IMG/VR virus record: IMGVR_UViG_3300021399_000134
Span: 21,279 to 85,278 of that record
Direction: 5' to 3' (one strand)
DNA: 64,000 nt
Source of the DNA: a virus
Taxonomy: Duplodnaviria > Caudoviricetes
Shown: positions 12,001 through 19,015 of the stretch, in pieces
Layout: every line of letters begins with the position of its first letter
Numbering within the stretch: position 1 is the stretch's first letter
Position numbers and translations under genes: made by a program
The notes under the pieces: generated by a model
What the model saw: only the letters and a program-made list of their open reading frames with translations
The model's database searches: none
Told to the model about the DNA's origin: nothing

Positions 12001-12519
12001 TCTGCCTGCTTGCAGTAAACGATAATACCTATTTGCATCCTCCAATTGCTTTTTAATAGTTTTGTTGCTAGCAGTTTGAATCTTTACACCATTACCAGAT
12101 TTATTTATGTCACGAATAACCTTATTTACGGATGACATTTCTGTATGTAAAGCTGTAGCCTGTTTAGACATATTATTTAAAGTTTTTGAAAATACTTCTG
12201 CTTGTGCAGTAGACATATTCTTCGACATAGATTCAAAGCCTATTCGCATATCTTCAATAACTTTAGCAACATTTTTAAATCTTTGTGCAGTTTCAAAAGC
12301 AAATTCTTTAGAAATATTACCATTAAAAGTTGTGTCAAGGTCTTTCTTAATATCAGCAAGCATTTTCTTCAAGTCTTGAACTTCTTTGCTGAAGATATCA
12401 CTTAATCCAATAGTATCTGCAAAGTCCGCTTTGCGTAATTCATTGGTCATGTCTTGTACAAATTTTTTAATATCCGCCGAAAAGCCAATTTCAATAATTA
12501 CATCTTTGTTATGTGCCAT
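1..12519 (-). CDS. Giant tape measure protein (>4173 aa, truncated at the left window edge)
   Basis: ATG at 12519 with AAAGGA RBS (MAHNKDVIIEIGFSADIK). The frame is open at every spot I translated (11030, 6500, 1-30). The ORF track lists no completed minus-strand ORF here, consistent with no stop before the edge. A TP901-type TMP core lies at ~5500-6600 (RNLDTELVDLKKTT..SAWSRLGYS..SIMKAFNI..NKLGNTFA..GTALRSISMRVRG). Confidence 0.9.
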   Translation of the reverse strand, partial: MAHNKDVIIEIGFSADIKKFVQDMTNELRKADFADTIGLSDIFSKEVQDLKKMLADIKKDLDTTFNGNISKEFAFETAQRFKNVAKVIEDMRIGFESMSKNMSTAQAEVFSKTLNNMSKQATALHTEMSSVNKVIRDINKSGNGVKIQTASNKTIKKQLEDANRYYRLLQAGRQEAQGFVGDTEEAAANVQKEFATLVRNINNLTHGELSKKPLVEREKAFNQFLKDFARLDYQFSELSVDMPDLSFDKFMSTYDQLLKVVQQLTHISPNIELDNVDELKTQLYYNIQNLTQEQKELKRKLLSEMGTNELEIPLSISTTRKEFYDAVYEIVNSVQQRLSATPLEVKLVLVSGYATRKNNDILKSLQQQLASSKIKMDPEFEGEIRQSINKISEIMEKDFKQQIDFTINVKGEKAQSEANDFIRGVKKTIEEESPILLKVTPEIVIDGKSIKNDETLSNLVKEIAGGEVVLRDKIRPDEISENQKIAQEKFAKRQREKSQKKKKKVEQPPEVIPTLDDIVQDIETSYDEVSAIYAGLYQQGNAVDNQKIIEPFVKLRKALDDLDKYDTEGVIEEISGNTIGEIDAELNSILEASKPIKNAFDKAISSTKQEKEEIKDVTKEVQKEKQELDNLANTNKKQKKLVPKSPDYIVNFKDALLAILKLSKQTSESFQKMNVPEDLTTKLDDIAKALNNISESLGFVQDESSARNLLHITNEYLETLGRLEVMLSKLNGFKEPIDDVKNEIPETPLDDIMNKYFPDTWEKTKEKAFNYTEEEVSLKTIDGLLHDIRLELYDVSDALVSIDDKGNIQNIATIFNEVVVALDKIINRLSEIKSFGGGNVATTLSEKTSSVLDDELRKYYNAYSKMPKKLNKSNHNELFASIAGDLSNAGIMDISSEELNELYGDKVLRGLGDKDRLNRLVDFFNIMNKLAVYYKEEKPKVERLLQKAQQDLATEMAGDNSNQLNIGSLKAHIQNYEEQLKEISAFPKSTSLLSGNRKNLSKVAEKKILKESTTEASNVSDTSKAYLNEEAVVDKVTTEESNKLDKVVNKIREIVLSIDEKNAAFEQERQIVEGVITSEINQLDTLSGNLILVSQDIEKLNQKFVELDNIQSYENITTNFSTLTSSLNELKTALDSEKEFFEKNNNAIKGILDEEVNIVKTKNNEIKNIINTVFSSMTIEHNDKLTTEMKTEIENILNTIYNTIDFTAINKKISNFYANKTRQLKEFKTRIEPHISEINDLFKKMIPRQNKNSNPFNLDWIKSIDNDSIENVRALAEAINNLSIALKFDDLDNFNKFIDNLSARSEELKSVADIFNKLSKKQVAEGLGKDSQKSETKKDRPSIFLSRASNDEFYAEATFVRAQAEKYKDILGEVVKIQRQVDKNKLSYLVMGEFRNAIFAPDSDDEWLFSQESLGENTRVDNQKQLTREYSLKLLASMLAKDESNYQKYVNEIAALYDDLSKMQFKDIYGDIGYSKILQKEWDEHYSRLRKEIVETHKNMERVAKNNEYEKELNNLEQVLINNSAYTDDFRNRIEQLRTSLQNTNDNNLLRMWATQFKDLNADAQKFLNIDIQQTEFYNGLKQLDILSQKIESDTNLATKFGKNSGNDVVGQLRAQLANVNDDTQQTLYDKTFEGIKAEIELEKLVQKEKNNTAKIDEKNLTRSQKLQNLIEATKTDPNFYSKYQTSFNDMVYKLAGAEQDKTQLSIWDEQFRRLKSDIDNDPFNKIISNAKEYLKVQSSIFDNNKKKVFDPTNLQTYDQNLKELQVQLELISKELQSTTGFDSFEEYLKSLGNNASSEFTSIVQSIRMVQNALQTFNVTENVEVFDFQAIINSLNDLKNATRNGKFGKDINDVIAQIESYSKKIKTENIPIKEIFKQYTDFTKQYKTLVDTMNQPIYTPITREDTTRELLKLDKFVAKNSAMSKEFKDQFANLRIQIETADSKEKLAELSTELLKLESNVVRAGETGKSIFQSLSNRIKQMSINFISMYLSLYDISRYAREAFDVIRNLDTELVDLRKTTTMNTSELNAFYAESSKTAANLGTTTAEIISQASAWSRLGYSSREAATEMAALSSQFAAISPGMDTETAQSGLVSIMKAFNIEPDDVKTEIMDPINKLGNTFAESNLDIVEGLERSSAALHAVGTSFQDSVALFTGAQEIIQNSEKVGTALRSISMRVRGYNESTEELDNNLSTITGDVVELTKTASNPEGISLFTDETQRHYKSLVQYLGELSNSWDEISEKNKNALLQKLFAKTQAQVGSSIISNFDQVRAAIEAVETSAGSADKEMGIVRDSIDFKINEIQQTWVGALQQILDKEDIKSLLDNIITLSDALANVIGQLGVSKVVTGGGVGFGLITSIKSFMEIWKQMKSMTTTGTEITTVIGNIKEALSDADYADLFKDGYIKSDDFTKTLANSIVGYDEEQARKILKDVQGKYSEFTDEAIEQILSAANISLQNTNTLNSATIISKLNIGGVSEDVRDSILGQLNLIDAQGNLINGTREITEIDLRAALATSQLTEAQRDQVLATLLSTSATDRQAISFSNLATVVKAKVTSAFKTMMNSWITAGIAVGAAIAFYAKLMNTQNELNESAKKVGETFKSENETIDNYKSEIYSLHQTINDSASSLDEVSNARERLLELQNELISNYGTEKDAIQDINDAIDGQTDALNNLNKKAYDDAITEFNKKSLFTKARETVGNWIGAMNPLLSVLSGDDPVSTFKGMLNNYSVPTEDLQNRWGNYQSMFGTISRDVKLGSSGSEKFDKILNERFNGGIITGNVEDVIKDLQEIRDISANYNDINNKFLDKLNNKLAEANSFYESNKDLMKAMIYYQRILNNETSTEQYAKVDKAKEAYDEALKSGNQDDIESTRKKLVELLNSSNVDVVDWFNMEYPALQEEIATWEFKANLKLEPTLALEDIQQDISSNTVEKILNLPEDSDLKLRLTNFADENGFDNLESLLDYLHELGYIRDEQEQLIYDMFGDKIDWDSLSNKEKKAILKLTKDDVNYLNYRNKAILKKDTELQRQEDTGLQRRLAQLKKERAKATNANDFIRQYDLDNQIQELEDFQEFQPKVGLDYTEESTAEFTKRAKKYALKQLKAERIAMNDAWKLLSSDQRKSLLDLAIGGTLNYKTLSNINGVKEHFEDLGFSVKEVLDYINQIPDSTQALSAMKGGITAITSAYSEKKEDKTGTYGAVGTDTLEGLRTTLGVDQWTGKAAKAWENYKNVAGDSEKSLDDLKVAQDKLATAYVSTDEFLAKVDEDSKGYYETQLKEMGVTNAHDIVLSKLIRQNKDNAYSKEFATKKGKRLIDATQQEIDAFIIEQGYAENSAQAFRDLAFQKKVTALMSNDLKNATLSDIEELSKLTGASKSATFAMAQTLIAKRGFNKVALNTEDDVNALIKLGNKAGATAAQLAALRTYKFLKFRKGSVPSEAEKNLDDQLAKAEQKAEEVGKSIQTKFAKIATETESKTETERGNKGDDGSKSGSNSSETDTSQEIDWIARRLQHLQNVIDYTKAKLENLFNMRAKDANYKSQIKQYENLWKSQEIAAKKYYGKAESYLRKNGRLNILYGAGVSLEKLRTGAIKGSPDELIKKYGEKAANIITTYQGYWDNAKNAEKAAEEAHTSWRETYNAWYQEYVDQADQEKASIEANEELVKSAKEKNKYERQKIKWINQSYKYQIKQAQLEKDQAKVAELRAQRDKEILDIHHNILQNILDENEAMRSYNSIARENATTLAEQDDLYASDIATYRKDNSANEDYYAKRLHTLSTGTLGGGQKVPNNVKNALRKSKVAKKIKNKVKTLIKSGKEIPDSLLKKLPANLQGILATYNTSLSKEIKAEIEALELERDTAREENEKNIRETLISAYQGHADEASTNYDIAQAMEEQVGYASDKNSYESQSREYLTEQYGYLLAIDDANEDILSRQQHILEYREKIQDSHFKELENLQAEYDLYESITKASISSLEARGEYLETVGRYLTEDYYNISNQLTQTNIDNNTKMLEAYSQALKAKYEAGEISSEQYVKGLTAQSELEQNILSDENKLIENRKALNEIKLRPFEIMKQYLEDAVTYTEHIITMLSHKTLTDKDIFGLTDDGLATLDAYADKLNYVDSERQNAYTELLRYKEILDSGDEVGNLEETLSKIAELTQAVNSYTEEYANTVDNLKDLVQE

Positions 12520-12575
12520 TTTTCTATTCCTTTCTTATCGCGAATCTCTACAAGATACTATGAGAGTAATCGCTA

Positions 12576-13019
12576 TTATTTATATCGTTTTATAAGTTTT
12601 TGTTGTTCTTCGTATATAATATCTAAAGGAGTTGGTATCATACGTTCAGGATAACCCCATATAGCACTCGCCACTCCATGAAAACCTTGATAAACAAAGT
12701 CAAATACTTCTTGTTTTGGGTCTTGGTATATGTCAGACATGTTACTGGCTGATAATCTTACACCACCTCTAATAATACTGTTATGTGGGTTTTTGTAGTA
12801 TTTAGAGAAACTATTTTTCTCAAAGTTCCAGTAATGCCTTCTATAATATATAGGTTTATAATGAGCATAAAACATATCAATAGCGTAAGTAGCAGCATTA
12901 TACAATTCATCACTAACTTCATGTGCTAATAATTTTTTACGCTCTAAAGCAACATCATTTATTTTTTTTATTCCTTCTGGTGTAAATTTAACTCTATTTA
13001 AATGTTTTAATCTCCCCAT
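12576..13019 (-). CDS. Phage tail-region protein (possibly HK97 gp10-like)
   Basis: 147 aa ORF directly upstream of the TMP; YKPIYYRR motif; TAATG overlap with the upstream gene. Confidence 0.55.
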   Translation of the reverse strand: MGRLKHLNRVKFTPEGIKKINDVALERKKLLAHEVSDELYNAATYAIDMFYAHYKPIYYRRHYWNFEKNSFSKYYKNPHNSIIRGGVRLSASNMSDIYQDPKQEVFDFVYQGFHGVASAIWGYPERMIPTPLDIIYEEQQKLIKRYK

Positions 13020-13531
13020 TAATTATTCTCACTTTCTATATCCTTGTTAATCAACTCTACAATTCGATTATTTAAGGTTTCTTCAACAACCGTACTAATG
13101 TCTTTTATTCTATCAAAAATACCATTAATACTTCTGTCATTTTCATAAGCATCATTAGATTTCATTTCTAAGATAGTTGATATTTCCTTAACTTCTCTTT
13201 CTGGAATACAACTTAATAAATCGTCTAGAAAACCATACTCGCAAAGCAAATCATATACTTCCATCATGTTTGATTCTTCACCACCATATATGATGTCAAT
13301 ATCTGTATATAAATTAATGAGAGTAGTAACATAAAGAATATATTTATTAGCAGAATTTAGATGATAGTGCTTTTCGCTATCATAACTAGATGCTTCAACA
13401 ATGCGTTCGCACCAAAAACATTTTTCACTAAACGGAATATATTTTTTCTGTAATCTCTTTGCGATATAGTCTTTCTTCTGTGAATCTAATTTCATTAGTT
13501 TATAAGTATCAATAAATTTAGTTATTTTCAT
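13019..13531 (-). CDS. Hypothetical tail-region protein (candidate assembly chaperone)
   Basis: 170 aa acidic ORF between the major tail gene and the TMP; RBS present. Function from position only. Confidence 0.55.
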   Translation of the reverse strand: MKITKFIDTYKLMKLDSQKKDYIAKRLQKKYIPFSEKCFWCERIVEASSYDSEKHYHLNSANKYILYVTTLINLYTDIDIIYGGEESNMMEVYDLLCEYGFLDDLLSCIPEREVKEISTILEMKSNDAYENDRSINGIFDRIKDISTVVEETLNNRIVELINKDIESENN

Positions 13532-13559
13532 AATGTATTTTTCCTTTCATTCATAATGT

Positions 13560-13922
13560 TTAGTTTTCTTCACCGTTTAATGCAGGTAATATATATATCA
13601 GACTTTCGGTAGGAATATTTAGATTAATTATATCTTTGTATGGAATAGTAGTTATTTCTACTTTAACTTCCTCTTGTAATAATTTATCTAATTCACAATT
13701 GATTTTCTGAATATCCTCTGCGTTATCAATGGTTGTTTGGTTTGTATCTTTGCGATACGATAACACTAAACTTTCTCTCGCCTGAAAATACGCATCTACG
13801 CTAGGTTGTAATTGTGACAAAACCATTAATAATTTATACTTTATGTTGATTGGTAAATCTTCTGTGTTGTCAATAGTCTTTTTGATATGCTCGTAGCACA
13901 ATATTATTGTTTTTAATTTCAT
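13560..13922 (-). CDS. Hypothetical protein
   Basis: 120 aa ORF with AAGGA RBS, co-oriented in the operon. Confidence 0.7.
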   Translation of the reverse strand: MKLKTIILCYEHIKKTIDNTEDLPINIKYKLLMVLSQLQPSVDAYFQARESLVLSYRKDTNQTTIDNAEDIQKINCELDKLLQEEVKVEITTIPYKDIINLNIPTESLIYILPALNGEEN

Positions 13923-13932
13923 TTTAATCCTT

Positions 13933-14394
13933 TTAATCCTCCATTATTGACAGTCCTATCATAATAGCGTCAGCCTCATCCTCTATAGGGTTAAAGCCAT
14001 ATTTATTTCGTATGTAATCCATTGCACATTGTTTCAACGTTGCTCTATCTTTAATTCCTTCAAAACAAGCAAATGCACTTCTCCATGTGCCTGGCATTAC
14101 ACTTTGAAAATATATTTCATTCTGAATACAATAACCCCATATACCACCAATTATCATTGTTAACATTTTTAATGTTTTGACATTATTCTTTTTAAAATCA
14201 TCCTCTATAATCACATAATTAGGATGCCAAGAATCTAATTGTTTTATAATAAAGCCTATCATCATATCCATTCGCACATCTGTTCTTTTCTCTTTTTTTA
14301 AATCTATTACTAAATGTTCACATAATTTTCCGTTTTTAAAAAGAGCCATTCCTGTGCAAGTTGATGAACTGTCTATACTTACTGTTTTATACAT
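13933..14394 (-). CDS. ruvC: RuvC-like Holliday junction resolvase
   Basis: SIDSSSTCTG N-terminal motif, VIIED, and C-terminal DEADAIMIG match the RuvC acidic residues. Confidence 0.85.
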   Translation of the reverse strand: MYKTVSIDSSSTCTGMALFKNGKLCEHLVIDLKKEKRTDVRMDMMIGFIIKQLDSWHPNYVIIEDDFKKNNVKTLKMLTMIIGGIWGYCIQNEIYFQSVMPGTWRSAFACFEGIKDRATLKQCAMDYIRNKYGFNPIEDEADAIMIGLSIMED

Positions 14395-14406
14395 AAGTTC
14401 CTCTCT

Positions 14407-14625
14407 TTACTTTAGTTTGTATTCTCTATACAATTTATATAATTCTCTTGTTTCATCTTTTAAAAAAATCATAATTAAATCTTCCATAGGCGATACATAC
14501 ATATCTACAGGTCTTGCACCATGCTTAATAAACAAGAATTGCTCATACCTATCTCGAATACGCACAACCTCTCTTGATTTATAAGGTCTTGTTTGAAATG
14601 TTGGTTTTATTAATCTATCATCCAT
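14407..14625 (-). CDS. Small hypothetical protein
   Basis: Probable start MDDRLIKP at 14625 after AAAGGA; the track ORF extends to 14697. Confidence 0.6.
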   Translation of the reverse strand: MDDRLIKPTFQTRPYKSREVVRIRDRYEQFLFIKHGARPVDMYVSPMEDLIMIFLKDETRELYKLYREYKLK

Positions 14626-14677
14626 ATTTTTAATCCTTTCAATCATCAAAAATCCTAAAAAAGCAGACAACCAAAAA

Positions 14678-15016
14678 TTATTCGGATGTCTGCCCATTCT
14701 CTAAATCAACATCCACTTTTTTCTTTCTTCTTCTACCACGCTTTGGTGCGTCAGTAGTAGTCATTATATTTTTTAATACTTCTTGTACAGATTCTGTATA
14801 TTTTGAATAATCTGTTATATTGTATTTTCTTAATACTGCTTTAACTTTACTTTCTTTAAAAATGCCCATGTTATATCCAGAAATCGCATTAAATAAATCT
14901 TTGCATTCTTCCGTATCATAATCGAACATCCAAGATGGTTTTCCTTTATGTTCACTACAACTTGTGCAAAATTCATATCGAGTTCCACAACATAAACATT
15001 GTCTATTATTTGCCAT
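14678..15016 (-). CDS. Cys-rich hypothetical protein
   Basis: 112 aa; CLCCG..CTSC motifs; basic C-terminus; AAAGGA RBS. Confidence 0.75.
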   Translation of the reverse strand: MANNRQCLCCGTRYEFCTSCSEHKGKPSWMFDYDTEECKDLFNAISGYNMGIFKESKVKAVLRKYNITDYSKYTESVQEVLKNIMTTTDAPKRGRRRKKKVDVDLENGQTSE

Positions 15017-15043
15017 ATTTATATCCTTTCATTAGATAAAACA

Positions 15044-15078
15044 AGACGGATACAAGAAATAAACACTTGCACCCGCCC
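15044..15078 (-). terminator. Intrinsic terminator-like hairpin after the major tail gene
   Basis: On the minus strand, GGCGGGTGCAAG..CTTGTATCCGTC followed by TTGTTTT. Confidence 0.55.
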
Positions 15079-15182
15079 CGTTAAACAAACTATGAATTTT
15101 TATGCAAACCTAATTCTGCAAGTTCACCATACTGATATGGTGTTAAATCTCCATACTTATACCTTTTAGTCGTCGGTGTGAT

Positions 15183-16025
15183 TCACTCATCAGAATTGTT
15201 GTATTTAGCAACATCATAAAGGTTTGAATCTTCTGCAATTGCAATATAGTAAAGCAACTGCTTTTTAGCACAATAATCCTTTAATGCCTGAGCACTGAAG
15301 TTCTGTGTTGATTCAGTATCAAGAGTCCAATCGAAATCAGGAGCCATCTGGAACTTAGGGAATACAATGTATAATGCACGAGTAACCTCACTATCACAAA
15401 TATCTGAGCAAAGAACTCTTGCTGTTGCCTTGCACTGCTTAGGGAAGATGTCAGAATAGTTATCAACTCTTGCTGCTGTCTTGTCCTCTGTTACCTGATA
15501 CTCATACTTGATTTCAACAATATCTGTTGCATCAGTTGGAAGTGTAATAGTTGTAACACCAGTAGTTTCATCTGTTGCAATTGCATAAACACCTGCACCT
15601 GCTGTTGTACCCTTTGTGTAACGCTTTGCAAGGTCAGGTACTCCGTTATCATGTGTACCATAAACAATAAGTGTTCCATCAATAGGTGTATCAGGAAGGT
15701 CATAAGGTGAATCTGTTGCATTAACAAGCATAATTCTAGGAAGAACTACATTCTCTCCTGTAATAATTTCACTACCTGTCTGAAGTCCATGAAGATTCAT
15801 TGAGAATACAGCATTCTCTCCACTTACCTCTACCTGTTTTGCTGTGTAGTATCTTTTAAGAAGAGCACCATTAGCGTCTTGCTTATCTCTTGTGTCAGCA
15901 CTTTCATTCAATGATAATGAAGATAACTGGTCTAATACTGCGAGAAGTTTACCATTTGAGTCCTCAAAGAACATATCCAAAGGACGGTCAATGATAAGCT
16001 GGTCAAAATTTAATGTGTCTGCCAT
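15183..16025 (-). CDS. Major tail protein
   Basis: 280 aa acidic, beta-rich ORF (IIDRPLDMFF, VEVSGENAVF, FQMAPDFDWTLD); strong AAAGGA RBS; lies between neck genes and the TMP. Confidence 0.7.
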   Translation of the reverse strand: MADTLNFDQLIIDRPLDMFFEDSNGKLLAVLDQLSSLSLNESADTRDKQDANGALLKRYYTAKQVEVSGENAVFSMNLHGLQTGSEIITGENVVLPRIMLVNATDSPYDLPDTPIDGTLIVYGTHDNGVPDLAKRYTKGTTAGAGVYAIATDETTGVTTITLPTDATDIVEIKYEYQVTEDKTAARVDNYSDIFPKQCKATARVLCSDICDSEVTRALYIVFPKFQMAPDFDWTLDTESTQNFSAQALKDYCAKKQLLYYIAIAEDSNLYDVAKYNNSDE

Positions 16026-16049
16026 TTTTTTAATTCCTTTCTTTGAAAA

Positions 16050-16853
16050 TTATTTATATGATTTATTAATCAACTTCTTGCCAGTAGGCTCGAAGTTAGA
16101 TTTATCGTATATCCACGAAAATGCCTTGCTAGGTATTTTACTTGTATCAACAAAGCCTGACATACTTCCTTGCGTTAATGAAACTGCATTTTTCTTTACT
16201 TGAATTTGAGCGAGTGATAATGTTAATTGATAAATCGTTAAATCAAAGGATTCCTTATAACCATAATAAAATTCTTCTGTATTTACTAACGATACTATTG
16301 TTGGATATAAAATACTTTCAAATGGTTTAGGATTTCTCATGTTTCGTTTTATCGTTTTACGATCATCTTCAATTAATATATTTGCAGTAGCACGATTGGC
16401 TGGTTTCTTGTTTTTATGTTTGAAACCTATCATCTGCGATATTAATTTAATAAACTTTTCGTAATCTTTTTTTGTTATAATTACATTGTCGTCATCATCA
16501 CATAAGACATATTGTTGTTCTTCCTTATATGTCAATACAGATGGTTTTAATTTACTTATATCGTAATTAAACATTATCTGTAAATCTGAATAATCATATC
16601 CTCTTATAATCCCTATAAAGAATTCCCAATCACTAACAGTTGTAAAATCAACATGTAGTTGGTCATGAAAATATGCTGGCATATCTCTAGCAGCAGAGCA
16701 TAGCGTGAAAAAAACAGAGAAAAATTTAGCCTCTCCAAACTCCCATATTTCTCTAGCAGTAGGTTGATGGATAGTGATATACTTATTGATTGGTATATCT
16801 TCTCCATACAACAAACTTAATTCATCAACTTCTAAGATTGAAGGTTGTGCCAT
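16050..16853 (-). CDS. Conserved tail/neck-region protein
   Basis: 267 aa ORF in the structural operon. Confidence 0.65.
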   Translation of the reverse strand: MAQPSILEVDELSLLYGEDIPINKYITIHQPTAREIWEFGEAKFFSVFFTLCSAARDMPAYFHDQLHVDFTTVSDWEFFIGIIRGYDYSDLQIMFNYDISKLKPSVLTYKEEQQYVLCDDDDNVIITKKDYEKFIKLISQMIGFKHKNKKPANRATANILIEDDRKTIKRNMRNPKPFESILYPTIVSLVNTEEFYYGYKESFDLTIYQLTLSLAQIQVKKNAVSLTQGSMSGFVDTSKIPSKAFSWIYDKSNFEPTGKKLINKSYK

Positions 16854-17382
16854 TTAATCTTTTAAGGGAGTTGTTGGTCTGTTGTTCGAATACTAATGTT
16901 CGTGTCGCATAATCTGTATCTACAACACTAGGTTCATTACTTACTAACACTATTTGATTACCAAATATATTTGTTCCATGAAACATATCAATTAAAACTG
17001 CCGCAATTAAATCATGCCTTGCAATTCCAGTCTTTTGTTCCACAATATTCTTTTGTTCGCACAATATATGAAATACAATTTCTGTATGTTTCATACCAGG
17101 GTTATTTCTTGGTATTTCATTAAACTGTATTTCATAACATATAAAGTTTTGAACATCAGTTTGTGTTGGTTTAATTAAATAGTATGGTAAGATATTTACA
17201 TTAAAATATTCGTCATTCTCAGCTTCGTTTTCCTCTAATTCCTTGTTATTCAGTAGATATATGATTTTGTTACTTTTAAGTAATTGATGTTTAATCAATT
17301 CTTTGTAGCGAACTATATCTTCGTTACTCTGTTGTTTATAACTCAGAAGTTCGCTTAACTCTTGTTCAGAAATTTTCATCAC
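16825..17382 (-). CDS. Putative tail completion/terminator protein
   Basis: 185 aa ORF; role inferred from position upstream of the tail genes. Confidence 0.55.
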   Translation of the reverse strand: MMKISEQELSELLSYKQQSNEDIVRYKELIKHQLLKSNKIIYLLNNKELEENEAENDEYFNVNILPYYLIKPTQTDVQNFICYEIQFNEIPRNNPGMKHTEIVFHILCEQKNIVEQKTGIARHDLIAAVLIDMFHGTNIFGNQIVLVSNEPSVVDTDYATRTLVFEQQTNNSLKRLNGTTFNLRS

Positions 17383-17394
17383 AAACTCCTTTCA

Positions 17395-18684
17395 TTATAA
17401 ACTTGTAATTTCAACTTTGATTTCAGTTTCCTCTCCAAATTCTGAAACAAATTTGATTGTTAATAATTCTCCTAAGTATTTATCATCACCAATGAACTTC
17501 ACTTTGATTTGATTTGATAGAAGAGTAGTATCATCAGTTGGATATATAACTTTAATTAATCCTTCGGTTGTTCCGTCATTCAGCATTTTCCCATATGTAT
17601 ATACTGTTAATTCTTCGTGTTCTTTATCTTCTAAATCTTCATACTTTGCAAGAAATTCATCACTACCATCTATAGGCATACTAAACCACCATTCACCATT
17701 AGGCGAATCAATTGGTTCGTCATTACGCTTGAATAACGTTTCAAACTTTTTATAATTGCCATACACCTTTAACTGTGGTTTCTTTCCACCAATATATCTG
17801 ATGTCAGCACTAACGCCTGGTCGTGCCTCTTTCTTTTCTTCTACTGGTGGTAAGGCTGAATTATAATAATCAGCCCACATTCCAATTATGTTACCTAAGT
17901 CGTCTCTTTCTACATAATCTTTATGTTGGTCAAATTTATCTTGTGCTAGTGTGAATATTGCAATTCCAAGTGTAGAAGTTCGTACAACCTTAGATACTCG
18001 CCACGCTTTTGGTTCTGTCGATACCTTAGCATCTATGATTAATCTTTGGTTGTAGAATAAATTCTCGGTGTATGTGTTAAGAGGGATTGCAAATTTCTGA
18101 ACATCATTTCCAGTTTCAGTTTTGTAATCTCTCCATACACCACTTGTATAACTTGACTGACTACGCAAGCAACCTAACATTTGAAATTTCTTGTTATCAT
18201 AAATCCATTGGAATAAATAATCACAAGGTAATACTTCAAATGTTCTAAACATAAGCACATTGTAATTCGCTTTAGCCACTATAAGCCATTTATTATATAT
18301 TCCGTTCGCATCAGGAATTAAGCAATATAAGCCTACAGGAAAATTTGCATTATACTTCTTACCCAGCACTTCATCATAATAATCTACATTACATTCTTGC
18401 TGTGGTCTAAATTGTATGTGACAAGTTACTTCATCCTTTGAATATGATTGCTTTTCATGCATGAAAAATTTAGCGTCTATTGCAACATAAGAATCTTTTA
18501 CGGCTTCAAGATTAATGTTATTTGCTTGCAACGGACTTGGATCGTGAAAATAATCGAATAAGTATACTTGTCTTGATGCAATATCTTCCCACCATGTGCT
18601 ATTCATTATATCCTCAGAATTACGCTTATGTTTTAGTCCATTATAAATATTGTTTCTTTGTTTAAATACTTCAAAAGAAGGCAT
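17395..18684 (-). CDS. Putative head closure/connector protein
   Basis: 429 aa ORF with GGAGG RBS; typical position among neck genes. Confidence 0.55.
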   Translation of the reverse strand: MPSFEVFKQRNNIYNGLKHKRNSEDIMNSTWWEDIASRQVYLFDYFHDPSPLQANNINLEAVKDSYVAIDAKFFMHEKQSYSKDEVTCHIQFRPQQECNVDYYDEVLGKKYNANFPVGLYCLIPDANGIYNKWLIVAKANYNVLMFRTFEVLPCDYLFQWIYDNKKFQMLGCLRSQSSYTSGVWRDYKTETGNDVQKFAIPLNTYTENLFYNQRLIIDAKVSTEPKAWRVSKVVRTSTLGIAIFTLAQDKFDQHKDYVERDDLGNIIGMWADYYNSALPPVEEKKEARPGVSADIRYIGGKKPQLKVYGNYKKFETLFKRNDEPIDSPNGEWWFSMPIDGSDEFLAKYEDLEDKEHEELTVYTYGKMLNDGTTEGLIKVIYPTDDTTLLSNQIKVKFIGDDKYLGELLTIKFVSEFGEETEIKVEITSL

Positions 18685-18689
18685 TGTTA

Positions 18690-19013
18690 TTACACCTCCT
18701 TTATCTTTAATACTTCAGCACCTGCATCTAGTATTAACTTTCTATATCTGCTGAAGTTATACTTAGGATTGTGGTACTCATTTTTTGCTGATTGCAATAA
18801 TGATAATACTGATATTATTTCAGTAGGATAGGAGAGTAGGCTATTTAAACCACTTATCCTACACATAGTATCATCAAATGTTTTGTCTACATCTATGTCG
18901 AGATATTCGTTTTTTGTACTAGGGTCTACTATCAATAGCAAGAAAAATATTTGGGTACGCATCTTCTTCTTTATGCCACTGAGTTGTTTTTCTGTAATCT
19001 CAATATTGAGCAT
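18690..19013 (-). CDS. Hypothetical neck-region protein
   Basis: 107 aa ORF tightly packed in the operon. Confidence 0.65.
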   Translation of the reverse strand: MLNIEITEKQLSGIKKKMRTQIFFLLLIVDPSTKNEYLDIDVDKTFDDTMCRISGLNSLLSYPTEIISVLSLLQSAKNEYHNPKYNFSRYRKLILDAGAEVLKIKEV

Positions 19014-19015
19014 TA

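Noticed and set aside
1585-12654. Plus-strand ORFs of 60-120 aa across the TMP region
   Set aside because: They are antisense shadows of the stop-free TMP frame: Ser/Leu/Phe-rich, with no RBS.
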